Shown here: piece after piece, positions 39,214 through 51,450 of the stretch
How positions within the stretch are numbered: the first letter of the stretch is position 1
How the letters are laid out: each line of letters starts with the position of its first letter
From: Eukaryota sp. TZLM1-RC
Lineage: Eukaryota > Protista > Metamonada: BaSk clade
Reading direction: 5' to 3'
NCBI GenBank assembly: GCA_040285825.1
Contig: JAUPSS010000001.1
Span: forward strand, 3,534,001-3,598,000
DNA length: 64,000 nucleotides
Notes under the pieces: generated by a model
The model's database searches: none
What the model was told of the DNA's origin: nothing
Seen by the model: only the letters and a program-made list of their open reading frames with translations
Position numbers and translations under genes: made by a program

Positions 39214-42061
39214 AACATCAATATATTTTCAATTTGGATTTCAAAAATGCTTTCAATTCTGTGAAACGTAATTGTATTTTTGATGTGCTTCTTCATGATT
39301 TTCCTGAACTTTCTGCATATTTTTATTTATTTTATGGAAAAAAATCAGACTTAATTTTTGACTCCTTTACCCTTGAATCTTCTTCTGGTGTGAAACAAGG
39401 TGATCCTCTTGGCCCTTTGCTGTTTTGTTTGGCTATTCATAATATTATTAAAATGACACAACAAGATTTCCCTGATTTGCGTATTGTTGCCTATATGGAT
39501 GACATTTCTATTATTGGTTCTTTTGAAAGCATTTCTAGGGTTTCTGAAGACATTGCGGCGAAATACAAAGAAATTGGTTTAGCTTTGAACCCATCTAAAT
39601 GTCTCTTGATTGGTAGAGAAAAACAATATTTGATGATTGGTGGAGCTCAGATTCCTTTTATCAATTATGACCAACAAGCTTTTAAGTTTCTTGGATGTTG
39701 GCTTGGCAATTTGGATGAAATTTATTCCCAGTTAAACAATTTATTGGAGAAGTTTGACAAGGATCTTAGTTTTATTGCTGAATGTGACATTGAGAACACA
39801 TCAAATTTTTTTATTTTAAAAATTTGTTATTCTGGAAAATTCACTCATATTTTAAGGTCAACTCCCCTTCGGTATCTCTCAATTTTTGCAGATCTTTTAA
39901 CAAACTTCGAGTCAAATTTTTTTCTTCTTTATTAGAAGTAAATGAATCTTTAATTTTTTTTAAAAAAAATTAATTTTATTCTAAACCTATAAATCAACAT
40001 CTAAAAAATCCATCTCTCCCAAAACAAAAACACTAGATGCAACTCTCTCATAGTGAGATCCAAGAGAAAGCAAAGCATCAGAAACCATCATCAACATCCC
40101 CTTAAAAATAGAAAACACAATTCTATTTTGCCAAAACAATCTGTTGAAATTTCTGCCAGTTCTTCTCTTTACAATCATTTCAAAATCATCCAAAAAACGT
40201 AAAGCAGTTGGTGCAAGTGAACCAAAAAGGGAAAATACAAATGGATACAAATTGTATTTTGCATGCTGTAGACTGGCCAATTTGGACAAAGGTTCATTGT
40301 ATTTTTTGAATTTAAAATTTTCAGCATTTGAAAGGGGATTATGAATTTCAGAATTAACAAGCCTTTCATTTGAGGCATTACAAGGATCAACAGACATTAC
40401 ATCCAATAAAATAAAGCTTCCATCTAATCCAGGTAATATGACATCACCTCTATTATTCTTATGAAAATCATTTTCAGCATCAAACAGATTTGACAACAGA
40501 GGTTCCAAGAAGGATTCAATTCTATGAGATTTACACATACAATATAACTGGTCTCTTACAGCATCATGAACCTTGCTTCTAAAAAGTAATAAAATGTTTA
40601 CAATTTAACAAATGAGTAGTTGTAATTTCTCGAGAACATTTACAAATTAAATTATGAGGTAAATTATCAGGCCAGATAAAGGAACGAAATCTCATATTCA
40701 GAGTCCAAGCAGAATCGGATAAGAGAGTACCATATACTTGCGGAATTGTTGTTACTAAGGCAGAAGAAGTACTGTCACACATATCTTGTAAAAAGATTTG
40801 CAAAAGCGGGATTCTTTTTCTTGGCCAAGCCAAGTCTAACATCAAAATCCAAGCTTTCAAAAATCTTTGACAATTTTTGTTGAAGCTTTTTACAGCAAAA
40901 CTGTAAATTAAATAGAGATCGGTTTGGAATTTCTTGAATTGATTGAGGAAAGCATTTGGTCCAAATTTGTGGCGGTAATTTTTCAAGTTCACAAGATAAC
41001 TTATACAAATAGGGACTACAATTGGGGACTAACAGATGGGAATCATCAGGAAATCTACGAGAAAATTCATAAATAAAATTTTGCCACCACCCAAGAATGC
41101 TGATTGACACAAAATTGAAGATTTAGTAAATCCAATACCCCCCAAATTTGCTGAAGAAAATAAATGGCTTTTCAACATTCCTGGTTCTACATCCAATAAA
41201 TCAGCAAAAAATTCTGTTCTCAATGAATTAAAAGAACGACAAAAATCTAATGCTATGGAAGGAGCACAAGATCTCAAAATGTGGGTTATTCTCCCAGTGT
41301 AGCAAATTTTAAGCATAAAAAAATTTAATATGCTTTTCTTTTTTTTTTTAAAAAAAATTTAATTTTATTCTAAACCTATAAATCAACATCTAAAAAATCC
41401 ATCTCTCCCAAAACAAAAACACTAGATGCAACTCTCTCATAGTGAGATCCAAGAGAAAGCAAAGCATCAGAAACCATCTTCAACATCCCCTTAAAAATAG
41501 AAAACACAATTCTATTTTGCCAAAACAATCTGTTGAAATTTCTGCCAGTTCTTCTCTTTACAATCATTTCAAAATCATCCAAAAAACGTAAAGCAGTTGG
41601 TGCAAGTGAACCAAAAGGGAAAATACAAATGGATACAAATTGTATTTTTGCATGCTGTAGACTGGCCAATTTGGACAAAGGTTCATTGTATTTTTTGAAT
41701 TTAAAATTTTCAGCATTTGAAAGGGGATTATGAATTTCAGAATTAACAAGCCTTTCATTTGAGGCATTACAAGGATCAACAGACATTACATCCAATAAAA
41801 TGAAGCTTCCATCTAATCCAGGTAATATGACATCACCTCTATTATTCTTATGAAAATCATTTTCAGCATCAAACAGATTTGACAACAAAGGTTCCAAGAA
41901 GGATTCAATTCTATGAGATTTACACATACAATATAACTGGTCTCTTACAGCATCATGAACCTTGCTTCTAAAAGTAATAAAATGTTTACAATTTAACAAA
42001 TGAGTAGTTGTAATTTCTCGAGAACATTTACAAATTAAATTATGAGGTAAATTATCAGGCC

Positions 42062-44820
42062 GTTGTAAAGCCGTTGATACCGTAAGACCCCCGATCCGGA
42101 TCCCAGTAGAAATAAGTCCCGCCAGCACAATCCCCTTCTCAATGGAAATGAGAAATTTTACTTCTGAATTGAAAAATAATAAGTGGAATATTTCATCCTT
42201 CTGGAAATATTTTGCTAGAAAAACAAAAATTGTTTTAAGAAAAAAATTTGGAAATAGAAAAATTGTAAAATCAAAAATTTGCCGTAAATTGTGCTTACGT
42301 GGTCGTTATGGTGCCGCAAAGCAGTCTTTGTTTTCCTCTTCTTTGGCTGATGCAAACTCTGATACCCTTGAAAAACTTCAAAAGTTGCATCCTCAAGAAA
42401 ATTTCAAGTGCAGCAAGCCTGAAGTGTGTCCATTTTGGATTGAAAATCCTATTACTGCAATTGAAGTTCTTAAAGCTATTCAAAAATTGCCAAAGGGGAA
42501 AGCAGCAGGCCCATCTGGAATTTCTTTTGATCTGTTAAAAATAGCGTGTTCCAGTGCTCCCGAAATTGCTGATGATCTAGCCCACTATTTTCAACAATTG
42601 ATTGTTTTGAAAATTAATCCTCCATTTGAATTACTCGCAGCACGTCTGATTGCTTTAGTAAAGCCTGGAAACGGAATCAAACCTGATGGAATACGCCCAA
42701 TTGCTGTTGGTGAATCTCTTTCTCGTTTGCTAGCATCAATTGTCTTCGATCGTGTCAAAGACAAAGCTTCTACATTTTTGAATCCTCATCAATTTGGAAT
42801 CAAAACAATTGATGGTGCTTCTGTTGCTGCTATTGCCTCTGATACCTTTTTTAATGCAGAGGAAAATAATTTTATTTTTAATCTCGACTTTAAAAATGCT
42901 TTTAATTCTGTAAAGCGAGAAGTAATTTTTGAAGTTATTAAATCTGATTTTCCTGAGCTATCGAGTTTTTTCTACCATTTTTATGGTAAAGAATCAGATT
43001 TAATTTTTAATTCATTTGCTCTTAAATCATCTTCTGGAGTGAAGCAGGGAGATCCTTTAGGCCCATTATTGTTTTGTTTAGCTATTCACAAAACTTTAAA
43101 TATCATTAAGCAAAAATACCCTTCCATAAAAATAGTTGCTTATATGGATGATATATCCTTGATTGGTTCATTTGATTTACTAGAATTGGTTGCTCAAGAA
43201 ATTGCCGATTCATATGAAAATATTGGGCTTCATCTTAATGCCAGCAAATGCCTTCTGATTGGCTCTTCTGCTCAAGACCTCGTGATAAACGATTCTATTG
43301 TCCCTTTTACTAATTATAGTAGTGATGCTTTTAAGTTCCTTGGTTGTTGGTTAGGAAATGTGCCTCAAATTCAGAATGAATTGCAAGTTATTTTGGAAAA
43401 AATGAAAATTGAACTTGATTCAATTTCTTCTTTAGATATAGAAAAGCATATTAAATTTTTCATGCTTAAAATTTGCTACACTGGGAGAATAACCCACATT
43501 TTGAGATCTTGTGCTCCTTCCATAGCATTAGATTTTTGTCGTTCTTTTAATTCATTGAGAACAGAATTTTTTGCTGATTTATTGGATGTAGAACCAGGAA
43601 TGTTGAAAAGCCATTTATTTTCTTCAGCAAATTTGGGTGGTATTGGTTTTACTAAATCTTCAATTTTGTGTCAATCAGCATTCTTGGGTGGTGGCAAAAT
43701 TTTATTTATGAATTTTCTCGTAGATTTCCTGATGATTCTCATCTGTTAGTCCCCAATTGTAGTCCCTATTTGTATGAGTTATCTTGTGAACTTGAAAAAT
43801 TACCGCCACAAATTTGGACCAAATGTTTTCCTCAATCAATTCAAGAAATTCCAAACCGATCTCTATTTAATTTACAGTTTTGCTGTAAAAAGCTTCAACA
43901 AAAATTGTCAAAGATTTTTGAAAGCTTGGATTTTGATGTTAGACTTGGCTTGGCCAAGAAAAAGAATCCCGCTTTGCAAATCTTTTACAAGATATGTGTG
44001 ACAGTACTTCTTCTGCCTTAGTAACAACAATTCCACAAGTTTATGGTACTCTCTTATCCGATTCTGCTTGGACTCTGAATATGAGATTTCGTTCCTTTAT
44101 CTGGCCTGATAATTTACCTCATAATTTAATTTGTAAATGTTCTCGAGAAATTACAACTACTCATTTGTTAAATTGTAAACATTTTATTACTTTTAGAAGC
44201 AAGGTTCATGATGCTGTAAGAGACCAGTTATATTGTATGTGTAAATCTCATAGAATTGAATCCTTCTTGGAACCTTTGTTCTCAAATCTGTTTGATGCTG
44301 AAAATGATTTTCATAAGAATAATAGAGGTGATGTCATATTACCTGGATTAGATGGAAGCTTCATTTTATTGGATGTAATGTCTGTTGATCCTTGTAATGC
44401 CTCAAATGAAAGGCTTGTTAATTCTGAAATTCATAATCCCCTTTCAAATGCTGAAAATTTTAAATTCAAAAAATACAATGAACCTTTGTCCAAATTGGCC
44501 AGTCTACAGCATGCAAAAATACAATTTGTATCCATTTGTATTTTCCCTTTTGGTTCACTTGCACCAACTGCTTTACGTTTTTTGGATGATTTTGAAATGA
44601 TTGTAAAGAGAAGAACTGGCAGAAATTTCAACAGATTGTTTTGGCAAAATAGAATTGTGTTCTCTATTTTTAAGGGGATGTTGAAGATGGTTTCTGATGC
44701 TTTGCTTTCTCTTGGATCTCACTATGAGAGAGTTGCATCTAGTGTTTTTGTTTTGGGAGAGATGGATTTTTTAGATGTTGATTTATAGGTTTAGAATAAA
44801 ATTAAATTTTAAAAAAAAAA
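42062..44820 (+). mobile_element. Family A, long 5'-truncated copy (innermost)
   Basis: TSD AAATTATCAGGCC 42049-42061/44821-44833. Confidence 0.93.
42142..44788 (+). CDS. Family A RT + Zn knuckle + RLE (N-terminally truncated; homopolymer frameshifts near 43700 and 43975)
   Basis: 535-aa ORF with RPIAVGE, LDFKNAFNSV, QGDPLGP, YMDD, FLG; 264-aa ORF with CKC-x7-H-x3-C and RGD..D..KFKKY. Confidence 0.9.
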
Positions 44821-47800
44821 AAATTATCAGGCCAGATAAAGGAACGAAATCTCATATTCAGAGTCCAAGCAGAATCGGATAAGAGAGTACCATATACTTG
44901 TGGAATTGTTGTTACTAAGGCAGAAGAAGTACTGTCACACATATCTTGTAAAAGATTTGCAAAAGCGGGATTCTTTTTCTTGGCCAAGCCAAGTCTAACA
45001 TCAAAATCCAAGCTTTCAAAAATCTTTGACAATTTTTGTTGAAGCTTTTTACAGCAAAACTGTAAATTAAATAGAGATCGGTTTGGAATTTCTTGAATTG
45101 ATTGAGGAAAGCATTTGGTCCAAATTTGTGGCGGTAATTTTCAAGTTCACAAGATAACTCATACAAATAGGGACTACAATTGGGGACTAACAGATGAGAA
45201 TCATCAGGAAATCTACGAGAAAATTCATAAATAAAATTTTGCCACCACCCAAGAATGCTGATTGACACAAAATTGAAGATTTAGTAAATCCAATACCCCC
45301 CAAATTTGCTGAAGAAAATAAATGGCTTTTCAACATTCCTGGTTCTACATCCAATAAATCAGCAAAAAAATTCTGTTCTCAATGAATTAAAAGAACGACA
45401 AAAATCTAATGCTATGGAAGGAGCACAAGATCTCAAAATGTGGGTTATTCTCCCAGTGTAGCAAATTTTAAGCATAAAAAATTTAATATGCTTTTCTATA
45501 TCTAAAGAAGAAATTGAATCAAGTTCAATTTTCATTTTTTCCAAAATAACTTGCAATTCATTCTGAATTTGAGGCACATTTCCTAACCAACAACCAAGGA
45601 ACTTAAAAAGCATCACTACTATAATTAGTAAAAGGGACAATAGAATCGTTTATCACGAGGTCTTGAGCAGAAGAGCCAATCAGAAGGCATTTGCTGGCAT
45701 TAAGATGAAGCCCAATATTTTCATAGGAATCGGCAATTTCTTGAGCAACCAATTCTAGTAAATCAAATGAACCAATCAAGGATATATCATCCATATAAGC
45801 AACTATTTTTATGGAAGGGTATTTTTGCTTAATGATATTTAAAGTTTTGTGAATAGCTAAACAAAACAATAATGGACCTAAAGGATCACCTTGCTTCACA
45901 CCAGAAGATGATTTAAGACCAAATGAATTAAAAATTAAATCTGATTCTTTACCATAAAAATGGTAGAAAAAACTCGATAGCTCAGGAAAATCAGATTTAA
46001 TAACTTCAAAAATTGCTTCTCGCTTTACAGAATTAAAAGCATTTTTAAAGTCGAGATTAAAAATAAAATTATTTTCCTCTGCATTAAAAAAGGTATCAGA
46101 GGCAATAGCAGCAACAGAAGCACCATCAATTGTTTTGATTCCAAATTGATGAGGATTTAAAAATGTAGAAGCTTTGTCTTTGACACGATCGAAGACAATT
46201 GATGCCAGCAAACGAGAAAGAGATTCACCAACAGCAATTGGGCGTATTCCATCAGGTTTGATTCCGTTTCCAGGCTTTACTAAAGCAATCAGACGTGCTG
46301 CGAGCAATTCAAAAGGAGGATTTATTTTCAAAACAATTAATTGTTGGAAATAGTGGGCTAGATCATCAGCAATTTCGGGAGCACTGGAACACGCTATTTT
46401 TAAGAGATCAAAAGAAATTCCAGATGGGCCTGCTGCTTTCCCCTTAGGTAATTTTTGAATAGCTTTAAGAACCTCAATTGCAGTAATAGGATTTTCAATC
46501 CAAAAAGGACACACTTCAGGCTTGCTGCACTTGAAATTTTCTTGAGGATGCAACTTTTGGAGTTTTTCAAGGGTATCAGAGTTTACATCAGCCAAAGAAG
46601 AGGAAAACAAAGACTGCTTTTGCGGCACCATAACGACCACGTAAGCACAATTTTCGGCAAATTTTTGATTTTACAATTTTTCTATTTCCAAATTTTTTCT
46701 TAAAACAATTTTTGTTTTTTCTAGCAAAATATTTCCAGAAGGATGAAATATTCCACTTATTATTTTTCAATTCAGAAGTAAAATTTCTCATTTCCATTGA
46801 GAAGGGGATTGTGCTGGCGGGACTTATTTCTACTGGGATCCGGATCGGGGGTCTTACGGTATCAACGGCTTTACAATTCGTACAAAACAGAAGTTTTCGA
46901 CCATTTCGTGAATCTGCAACATCTTTTTTTGCAAAATGGACAACAAAAATTACTGTTTTCAGAAGGGGAAGAAGAGGGAACACTAGAAGCATTTAACTGT
47001 TGATCGTCAGAAACATTATTTTCAGCACCATTCACAACGGCAACAGCTGGAACAGAACATTTGAGAATTTGTTGAGCAGATTTTAATTCAAATTCTCTTT
47101 TTTGTTTCTCAGGGCACGTTCTCGAATTATGACCACTGATACCACAAATCGAACATTTTTTAGAACCTTTTAATGGCACTGGTTTCGTTTTTTTCAGTTC
47201 TTTCAATTTTGTCAATTTTTGAGTTAAAAAGTAGAAATAGACTTTTGACTTTTTGCAGTTTCAGCTGGAGAAAACAAATTTCGAGAAACGGAGTTGTTAA
47301 TAGAACGCGCAACAGAACGCAAGGAACGTAATGGTGGTTTTTCTGTGTTTTTTCTGGTACAATGATCAGTTTTTGAATGAAAATTTTTTTGAGATGAATT
47401 TCGAGCATAGCTTGTATTGTGGGGAGAGTGGGGAAGTGGAGTGGATGAGCTTGATCTGACTGGTAGAATCTTTGCTTGGGCGTTCCAATCAGTATCAGAG
47501 TCACTATCAGCCAAAGGCATCGTTTTGACAGAGAAACAGTACGACTTTGACGCTTTGACAGAAAGTGAAATATGAAAGGGTTGACTAAGGGAGGGAGAAA
47601 AAAAAATGCTTTTCTATATCTAAAGAAGAAATTGAATCAAGTTCAATTTTCATTTTTTCCAAAATAACTTGCAATTCATTCTGAATTTGAGGCACATTTC
47701 CTAACCAACAACCAAGGAACTTAAAAGCATCACTACTATAATTAGTAAAAGGGACAATAGAATCGTTTATCACGAGGTCTTGAGCAGAAGAGCCAATCAG

Positions 47801-50800
47801 AAGGCATTTGCTGGCATTAAGATGAAGCCCAATATTTTCATATGAATCGGCAATTTCTTGAGCAACCAATTCTAGTAAATCAAATGAACCAATCAAGGAT
47901 ATATCATCCATATAAGCAACTATTTTTATAGAAGGGTATTTTTGCTTAATGATATTTAAAGTTTTGTGAATAGCTAAACAAAACAATAATGGGCCTAAAG
48001 GGTCACCTTGCTTCACACCAGAAGATGATTTAAGAGCAAATGAATTAAAAATTAAATCTGATTCTTTACCATAAAAATGGTAGAAAAAAACTCGATAGCT
48101 CAGGAAAATCAGATTTAATAACTTCAAAAATTGCTTCTCGCTTTACAGAATTAAAAGCATTTTTAAAGTCGAGATTAAAAATAAAATTATTTTCCTCTGC
48201 ATTAAAAAAGGTATCAGAGGCAATAGCAGCAACAGAAGCACCATCAATTGTTTTGATTCCAAATTGATGAGGATTTAAAAAAGTAGAAGCTTTGTCTTTG
48301 ACACGATCGAAGACAATTGATGCCAGCAAACGAGAAAGAGATTCACCAACAGCAATTGGGCGTATTCCATCAGGTTTGATTTCGTTTCCAGGCTTTACTA
48401 AAGCAATCAGACGTGCTGCGAGCAATTCAAATGGAGGATTTATTTTCAAAACAATTAATTGTTGAAAATAGTGGGCTAGATCATCAGCAATTTCGGGAGC
48501 ACTGGAACACGCTATTTTTAAGAGATCAAAAGAAATTCCAGATGGGCCTGCTGCTTTCCCCTTAGGTAATTTTTGAATAGCTTTAAGAACCTCAATTGCA
48601 GTAATAGGATTTTCAATCCAAAAAGGACACACTTCAGGCTTGCTGCACTTGAAATTTTCTTGAGGATGCAACTTTTGGAGTTTTTCAAGGGTATCAGAGT
48701 TTACATCAGCCAAAGAAGAGGAAAACAAAGACTGCTTTGCGGCACCATAACGACCACGTAAGCACAATTTTCGGCAAATTTTTGATTTTACAATTTTTCT
48801 ATTTCCAAATTTTTTTCTTAAAACAATTTTTGTTTTTTCTAGCAAAATATTTCCAGAAGGATGAAATATTCCACTTATTATTCTTCAATTCAGAAGTAAA
48901 ATTTCTCATTTCCATTGAGAAGGGGATTGTGCTGGCGGGACTTATTTCTACTGGGATCCGGATCGGGGGTCTTACGGTATCAACGGCTTCACAATGCGTA
49001 CAAAACAGAAGTTTTCGACCATTTCGTGAATCTGCAACATCTTTTTGCAAAATGGACAACAAAAATTACTGTTTTCAGAAGAGGAAGAAGAGGAAACACT
49101 AGAAGCATTTAACTGTTGATCGTCAGAAACATCATTTTCAGCACCTTTCACAACGGCAACAGCTGGAACAGAACATTTGAGAATTTGTTGAGCAGATTTT
49201 AATTCAAATTCTCTTTTTTGCTTCTCAGGGCACGTTCTCGAATTATGACCACTGATACCACAAATCGAACACTTTTTAGAACCTTTTAATGGCAGTGGTT
49301 TCATATTTTCAGTTCTTTCAATTTTATCAATTTTTGAGTTAAAAGTAGAAATAGACTTTTGACTTTTTGCAGTTTCAGCTGGAGAAAACAAATTTCGAGA
49401 AACGGGGTTGTTAATAGAACGCGCAACAGAACGCAAGGAACGTAATGGTGGTTTTTCTGTGTTTTTTCTGGTACAATGATCAGTTTTTGAATGAAAATTT
49501 TTTTGAGATGAATTTCGAGCATAGCTTGTATTGTGGGGAGAGTGGGGAAGTGGAGTGGATGAGCTTGATCTGACTGGTAGAATCTTTGCTTGGGCGTTCC
49601 AATCAGTATCAGAGTCACTATCAGCCAAAGGCATCGTTTTGACAGAAAAACAGTACGACTTTGACGCCTTGACAGAAAGTGAAAAATGAAAGGGTTGACT
49701 AAGGGAGGGAGAAAAAAAAAATCTTAATCTTTAATTCGAAGTCATGTATTTTGTTCAGCAGATTTGGGTGGAATTGGATTCACCAAATCTTCGATTCTGT
49801 GTAAAGCAGCATTTTTGGGAGGTGGTAAAAATTTTGTTTTTGAATTTTTCCAAAGGTTCCCTTTTGATGTTCATCTGATCAATGGTGAATCAAATTTTTA
49901 CTTGAATCAACTGCAATTTGAATTAGAAAATTTGCCTAGTGATATCTGGATTCAGTGTTTTCCTCAAAAATGTTCAAGAAATTCCCACTCGATCACTTCC
50001 AAATTTACGTTTTTGCTTGAAAAAGCTTCAGCACCATCTGGTTAAATTATATGAAGGCTTGAATTATGAAGTAAGACTTGGCTTGGCCAAAACTAAAAAT
50101 CCCGCTTTCGGTAATTTTTTAAAGGATATTCGTGATAGTTCAGCTGCTGCTTTAGTAACTCAAGTTCCCTCTGTTTATGGACTTTTGTTAAAAGACAATG
50201 AATGGCTTCTAAACATGCGTTTTCGTTGTTTTCTGTGGCCAAACAATTTGCCCAATCATTTAACTTGTAAATGTGGTAAACCTCTTTTGTTTACTCATCT
50301 TTTGAACTGTAAACATTTCATTACGTTTAGAAGCAAAGTGCATAACAACGTCAGGGACCAAATTTATGTAATGTGCAAATCATATCGAGTAGATTCCTTT
50401 TTAGAACCGCTGTTATCAAAATTAATTCTTGATGATCCCAATATTGATAGTACGCGTTACAACAGAGCTTCTATAGGTCTGACTAGAGGTGATCTAGTTG
50501 TTCCTGGTTTAAATGGTAGTTTTACTATTTTGGACGCCATGTCTATTGACCCTTGTAATTCCTCTAACGAACATTTCATTAACTCGGATGTAAATAATCC
50601 TCTTCTTGCAGGCGAAAAATATAAAATTGCTAAATATGCGAAACCCATTTCCTCGGTTAATGAAAATTCTCATGCCCAATATAATTTATGTCCATTTGTT
50701 TTTTCTTTGCTTGGATCTCTAGGTAAGGCTGCTATGGCTTTCCTTGAGGATTTTGTTGTAGTTGTAAAGGAAAGAACTGGAAGAATTTTCAATCGTGTTT

Positions 50801-51223
50801 ACTGGAAAAACAGGATTGTATTTTCTATTTTTAAGGGAATGGTAACACTAATTTCTGATTCACTATCTTCTTTTGGGAAATTTTCTGAATCTTTAGCGAT
50901 TAATTGTTTTGATGTAGGGGAGGCAGGTTTTGAGGATGTGGAGTTTTAATTGTGTATTTCATATTTGTTGTGGAATAAAAATAAATATCTTAAAAAGAAA
51001 AACTGTAAATTAAATAGAGATCGGTTTGGAATTTCTTGAATTGATTGAGGAAAGCATTTGGTCCAAATTTGTGGCGGTAATTTTTCAAGTTCACAAGATA
51101 ACTCATACAAATAGGGACTACAATTGGGGACTAACAGATGGGAATCATCAGGAAATCTACGAGAAAATTCATAAATAAAATTTTTGCCACCACCCAAGAA
51201 TGCTGATTGACACAAAATTGAAA

Positions 51224-51450
51224 TTTTTTTTTCTCCCTCCCTTAGTCAACCCTCTCATATTTCATTTTCTGTCACGGCGTCAAAGTCGTACTGTGTCTTT
51301 GCCAAAACGATGCCAGTGACTGACAGTGACTCTGATACTGATTGGAATGCCCAAGTGAAGGTTCTACCCGTCAGATCAAGCTCATCCCCTTCATTCCTCC
51401 ACTCTCCCCACCCTCCAAGCTATGCTCGAAATTCTTCTCAAAAAAATTCA
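51224..51450 (+). promoter_or_regulatory. Shared 5' module (T-tract, 77-nt 5' UTR, first ~47 codons); putative internal promoter / structured RNA. Also at 8731-8950(+), 2650-2868(-), 47385-47605(-), 49497-49721(-)
   Basis: Near-identical nucleotide block at the 5' end of families A, B and D; function is inferred. Confidence 0.6.

Larger units (their letters stand above)
41340..47605 (-). mobile_element. Family A full-length, inner copy (41340-42061 + 44821-47605), ~3.5 kb
   Basis: TSD ATGCTTTTCT 41330-41339/47606-47615; ATG 47520; CSICGISGHNSRTC knuckle; RT ORF 45603-46640. Confidence 0.93.
39956..49725 (-). mobile_element. Family A full-length, outer copy (39956-41339 + 47606-49725)
   Basis: TSD AATCTTTAATT 39945-39955/49726-49736; 5' T10-CTCCCTCC at 49721-49704; ATG 49634. 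Confidence 0.93.
38544..50998 (+). mobile_element. Family D, 5'-truncated, split into 38544-39171, 39214-39955 and 49726-50998
   Basis: ORFs 38525-39271, 39234-39935 (YMDD), 49939-50949 (ends GFEDVEF); rejoined by TSDs. Confidence 0.92.

Noticed and set aside
51233-51253. CTCCCTCCCTTAGTCAACCCT as a telomere-repeat remnant or anti-Shine-Dalgarno
   Set aside because: I saw no tandem telomeric repeats in the window, the match is degenerate, and the context is eukaryotic (poly(A), AATAAA).
51233-51345. HDV-like or hammerhead ribozyme at the 5' end
   Set aside because: There is no CUGANGA/GAAA core. The pseudoknot candidate lacks a convincing P1.1, P4 and catalytic C, and would cleave ~43 nt inside the observed 5' end. 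Kept only as a generic structure.
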